From a virus (lineage: Duplodnaviria > Heunggongvirae > Uroviricota > Caudoviricetes): DNA of 5,601 nucleotides. The position numbers and the translations under genes were made by a program. Positions within the stretch are counted from its first letter, which is position 1. Each line of letters starts with the position of its first letter. The stretch is from the IMG/VR virus record IMGVR_UViG_2547132271_000007; one strand, given 5' to 3'. The notes below the pieces were generated by a model, which did no database searches, was not told the DNA's origin, and saw only the letters and a list, made by a program, of their open reading frames with translations. Positions 4,385-5,601 of the stretch are shown here, in pieces.

Positions 4385-5413
4385 ATGATTCTAGGTAATG
4401 ATTACGTTGATTTAGCTCCTCTGTTCCAGGCACACAGCACTAGAAACTATCTGCTCTCTACCCTTGATTTTACGGATTCTGTAGGGGTTACATCTCATAA
4501 AGTAGCTGTTTCCCAGCTTGTCGAAAGCAACGAATCTCTCTTTAACAAAGAGACAAGCCGTTTCTCTTCTGAACACAACGTTACTAAGCGAGAACAAGGT
4601 AAAGAATGGCTGATCGAAATCCCGTATTTTCTTCGTGAGGATGTGATCCGTCCCTCTGATGTTCAAGGCAAGCGTAAGCCTGGCACTGATTTTCAGGAAA
4701 CACTCACTGATATCTATGCTGACTATGTTGCTAAACACCACGTAGCGTATCAGCGTACAAAAGAGAGCGTATTGGCTGCTTCTTTGTTCTCTGGCAAAAC
4801 TTACACGCCTAAAACTGATGATGTTCTTATCGAGTGGAGCAAGCTGTTTAACGTGGTACCTATGAAAACCACTGTGAACGCTTCCAGCACTGACACCACG
4901 AAGATTTTTAAAGAATTTGATCAGATTGCTACTGACATTATCGAGAAAGCACAAAGCCAGGCGGCTGCTGTAGAGCGTATTGTTGTTTTCTGTAAACCTG
5001 AAGCCTTCTCTGCAATTCGATTCTCTGCGGGTATGGCAAACGCATTCCAGTATGTAAGCCCACTGGAAGAAGGGAACGTTGTGTATCAGCGTCGTGACCT
5101 GCTGCCAGGGGTGACAGCGTTCACTATTCCAGGAACTAACATCGATGTTGTTAAACTGGTAGATCCGCTACACCTTGCACATATGACCGCAGACGCTGTA
5201 GCTGTTCCGAAGTTTGCTAAAGGCTCTAATGTATATCAGAACATCTACGGGGCTGCTTCCAGCACCTTTGAACTGATTAATGCCGCTCCTGCTGAAGTGT
5301 ATAGCTATAGCTATGAATCTTCTCGTGGTGATGCTGTTAACGTGGTTACAGAGAATAGCCAGATGGTTGTAAACCACGGTGTAGGCTTCTCCGTTCAAAT
5401 CACTGTTAAATAA
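4385..5413 (+). CDS. Probable major capsid protein, 342 aa, lambda gpE-like family (tentative)
   Basis: Longest ORF in the window, rich in V/A/S/T, followed by a strong terminator. Against my recalled lambda gpE sequence (341 aa) there are three colinear local matches: SLFSGKTYTPKTDD vs AVLKGKYTMTGE; IVVFCKPEAFSAIRFS vs IIVFDPKGWALFRSF; LLPGVTAFTIPG vs FLPDNTMVLGN. Family assignment is unverified. Confidence 0.8.
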   Translation: MILGNDYVDLAPLFQAHSTRNYLLSTLDFTDSVGVTSHKVAVSQLVESNESLFNKETSRFSSEHNVTKREQGKEWLIEIPYFLREDVIRPSDVQGKRKPGTDFQETLTDIYADYVAKHHVAYQRTKESVLAASLFSGKTYTPKTDDVLIEWSKLFNVVPMKTTVNASSTDTTKIFKEFDQIATDIIEKAQSQAAAVERIVVFCKPEAFSAIRFSAGMANAFQYVSPLEEGNVVYQRRDLLPGVTAFTIPGTNIDVVKLVDPLHLAHMTADAVAVPKFAKGSNVYQNIYGAASSTFELINAAPAEVYSYSYESSRGDAVNVVTENSQMVVNHGVGFSVQITVK

Positions 5414-5431
5414 TATTTTAACGTGTAATAG

Positions 5432-5477
5432 AGGCGTGGCGTGAATAACACGCTTCGCCTTTTTTTATTTATTTTTT
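5432..5477 (+). terminator. Strong Rho-independent terminator: 12-bp stem AGGCGTGGCGTG/CACGCTTCGCCT (one mismatch, one G-U), loop AATAA, U-tract TTTTTTATTTATTTTTT
   Basis: Read directly; begins 19 nt after the capsid-like stop codon. Confidence 0.8.
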
Positions 5478-5500
5478 AAATTTTGAGAGGTGATTAAAAT

Positions 5501-5601
5501 ATGGAAGTGATTTTGAAATCAAAAAATGGTGTACACGTTCATTTAGATGCTAATGATTCTAGAGGCTTGTTAAATCTGAAATATCTATGTTCTCTCTTGG
5601 A
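5501..5601 (+). CDS. 5-prime end of a gene running off the window (MEVILKSKNGVHVHLDANDSRGLLNLKYLCSLL...), function unknown
   Basis: GAGGTG at 5487-5492, 8 nt before the ATG at 5501. Open frame to the window edge. Not in the ORF track because it has no stop. Confidence 0.45.
   Translation, partial: MEVILKSKNGVHVHLDANDSRGLLNLKYLCSLL

Noticed and set aside
4412-4954. 180-aa ORF on the - strand inside the capsid-like gene
   Set aside because: Antisense to a 342-aa ORF with capsid-like composition and its own terminator; no ribosome-binding site. Long antisense ORFs can arise by chance opposite a coding strand.
5168-5398. 76-aa ORF on the - strand inside the capsid-like gene
   Set aside because: Same reasoning as above; nested antisense to the capsid-like gene.

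Overview
The window reads as a phage or phage-derived mobile element from a low-GC Gram-positive host (AGGAGG-type ribosome-binding sites, AT-rich intergenic DNA); all supported genes are on the + strand. It has four parts. (1) Positions 1-1350 are about 1.35 kb of essentially gene-free DNA packed with ordered repeats: an iteron-like array, an AT-rich tract, a GC-rich block dense in hairpins, two 52-bp direct repeats with nested palindromes, and a recurring GTGTAAYT motif. I read this as a candidate replication origin and/or non-coding RNA locus. (2) A sigma-70-like promoter at 1209-1237 drives a tightly packed operon of six small genes (1351-3453), including a ribbon-helix-helix protein and two winged-helix-like proteins. 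(3) A near-consensus promoter at 3483-3511 is followed by a roughly 275-nt leader carrying palindromes and an intrinsic terminator-like hairpin, an arrangement resembling phage late-gene antitermination control. (4) A three-gene unit (70 aa, 120 aa, 342 aa) ends in a strong intrinsic terminator; the 342-aa protein looks like a lambda gpE-family major capsid protein, but that rests on recalled sequence and is unverified. A further gene starts at 5501 and runs off the window. No integrase, terminase, portal, tRNA, rRNA or CRISPR array is visible. All functional calls come from reading the sequence and from memory of protein families; no searches were run.
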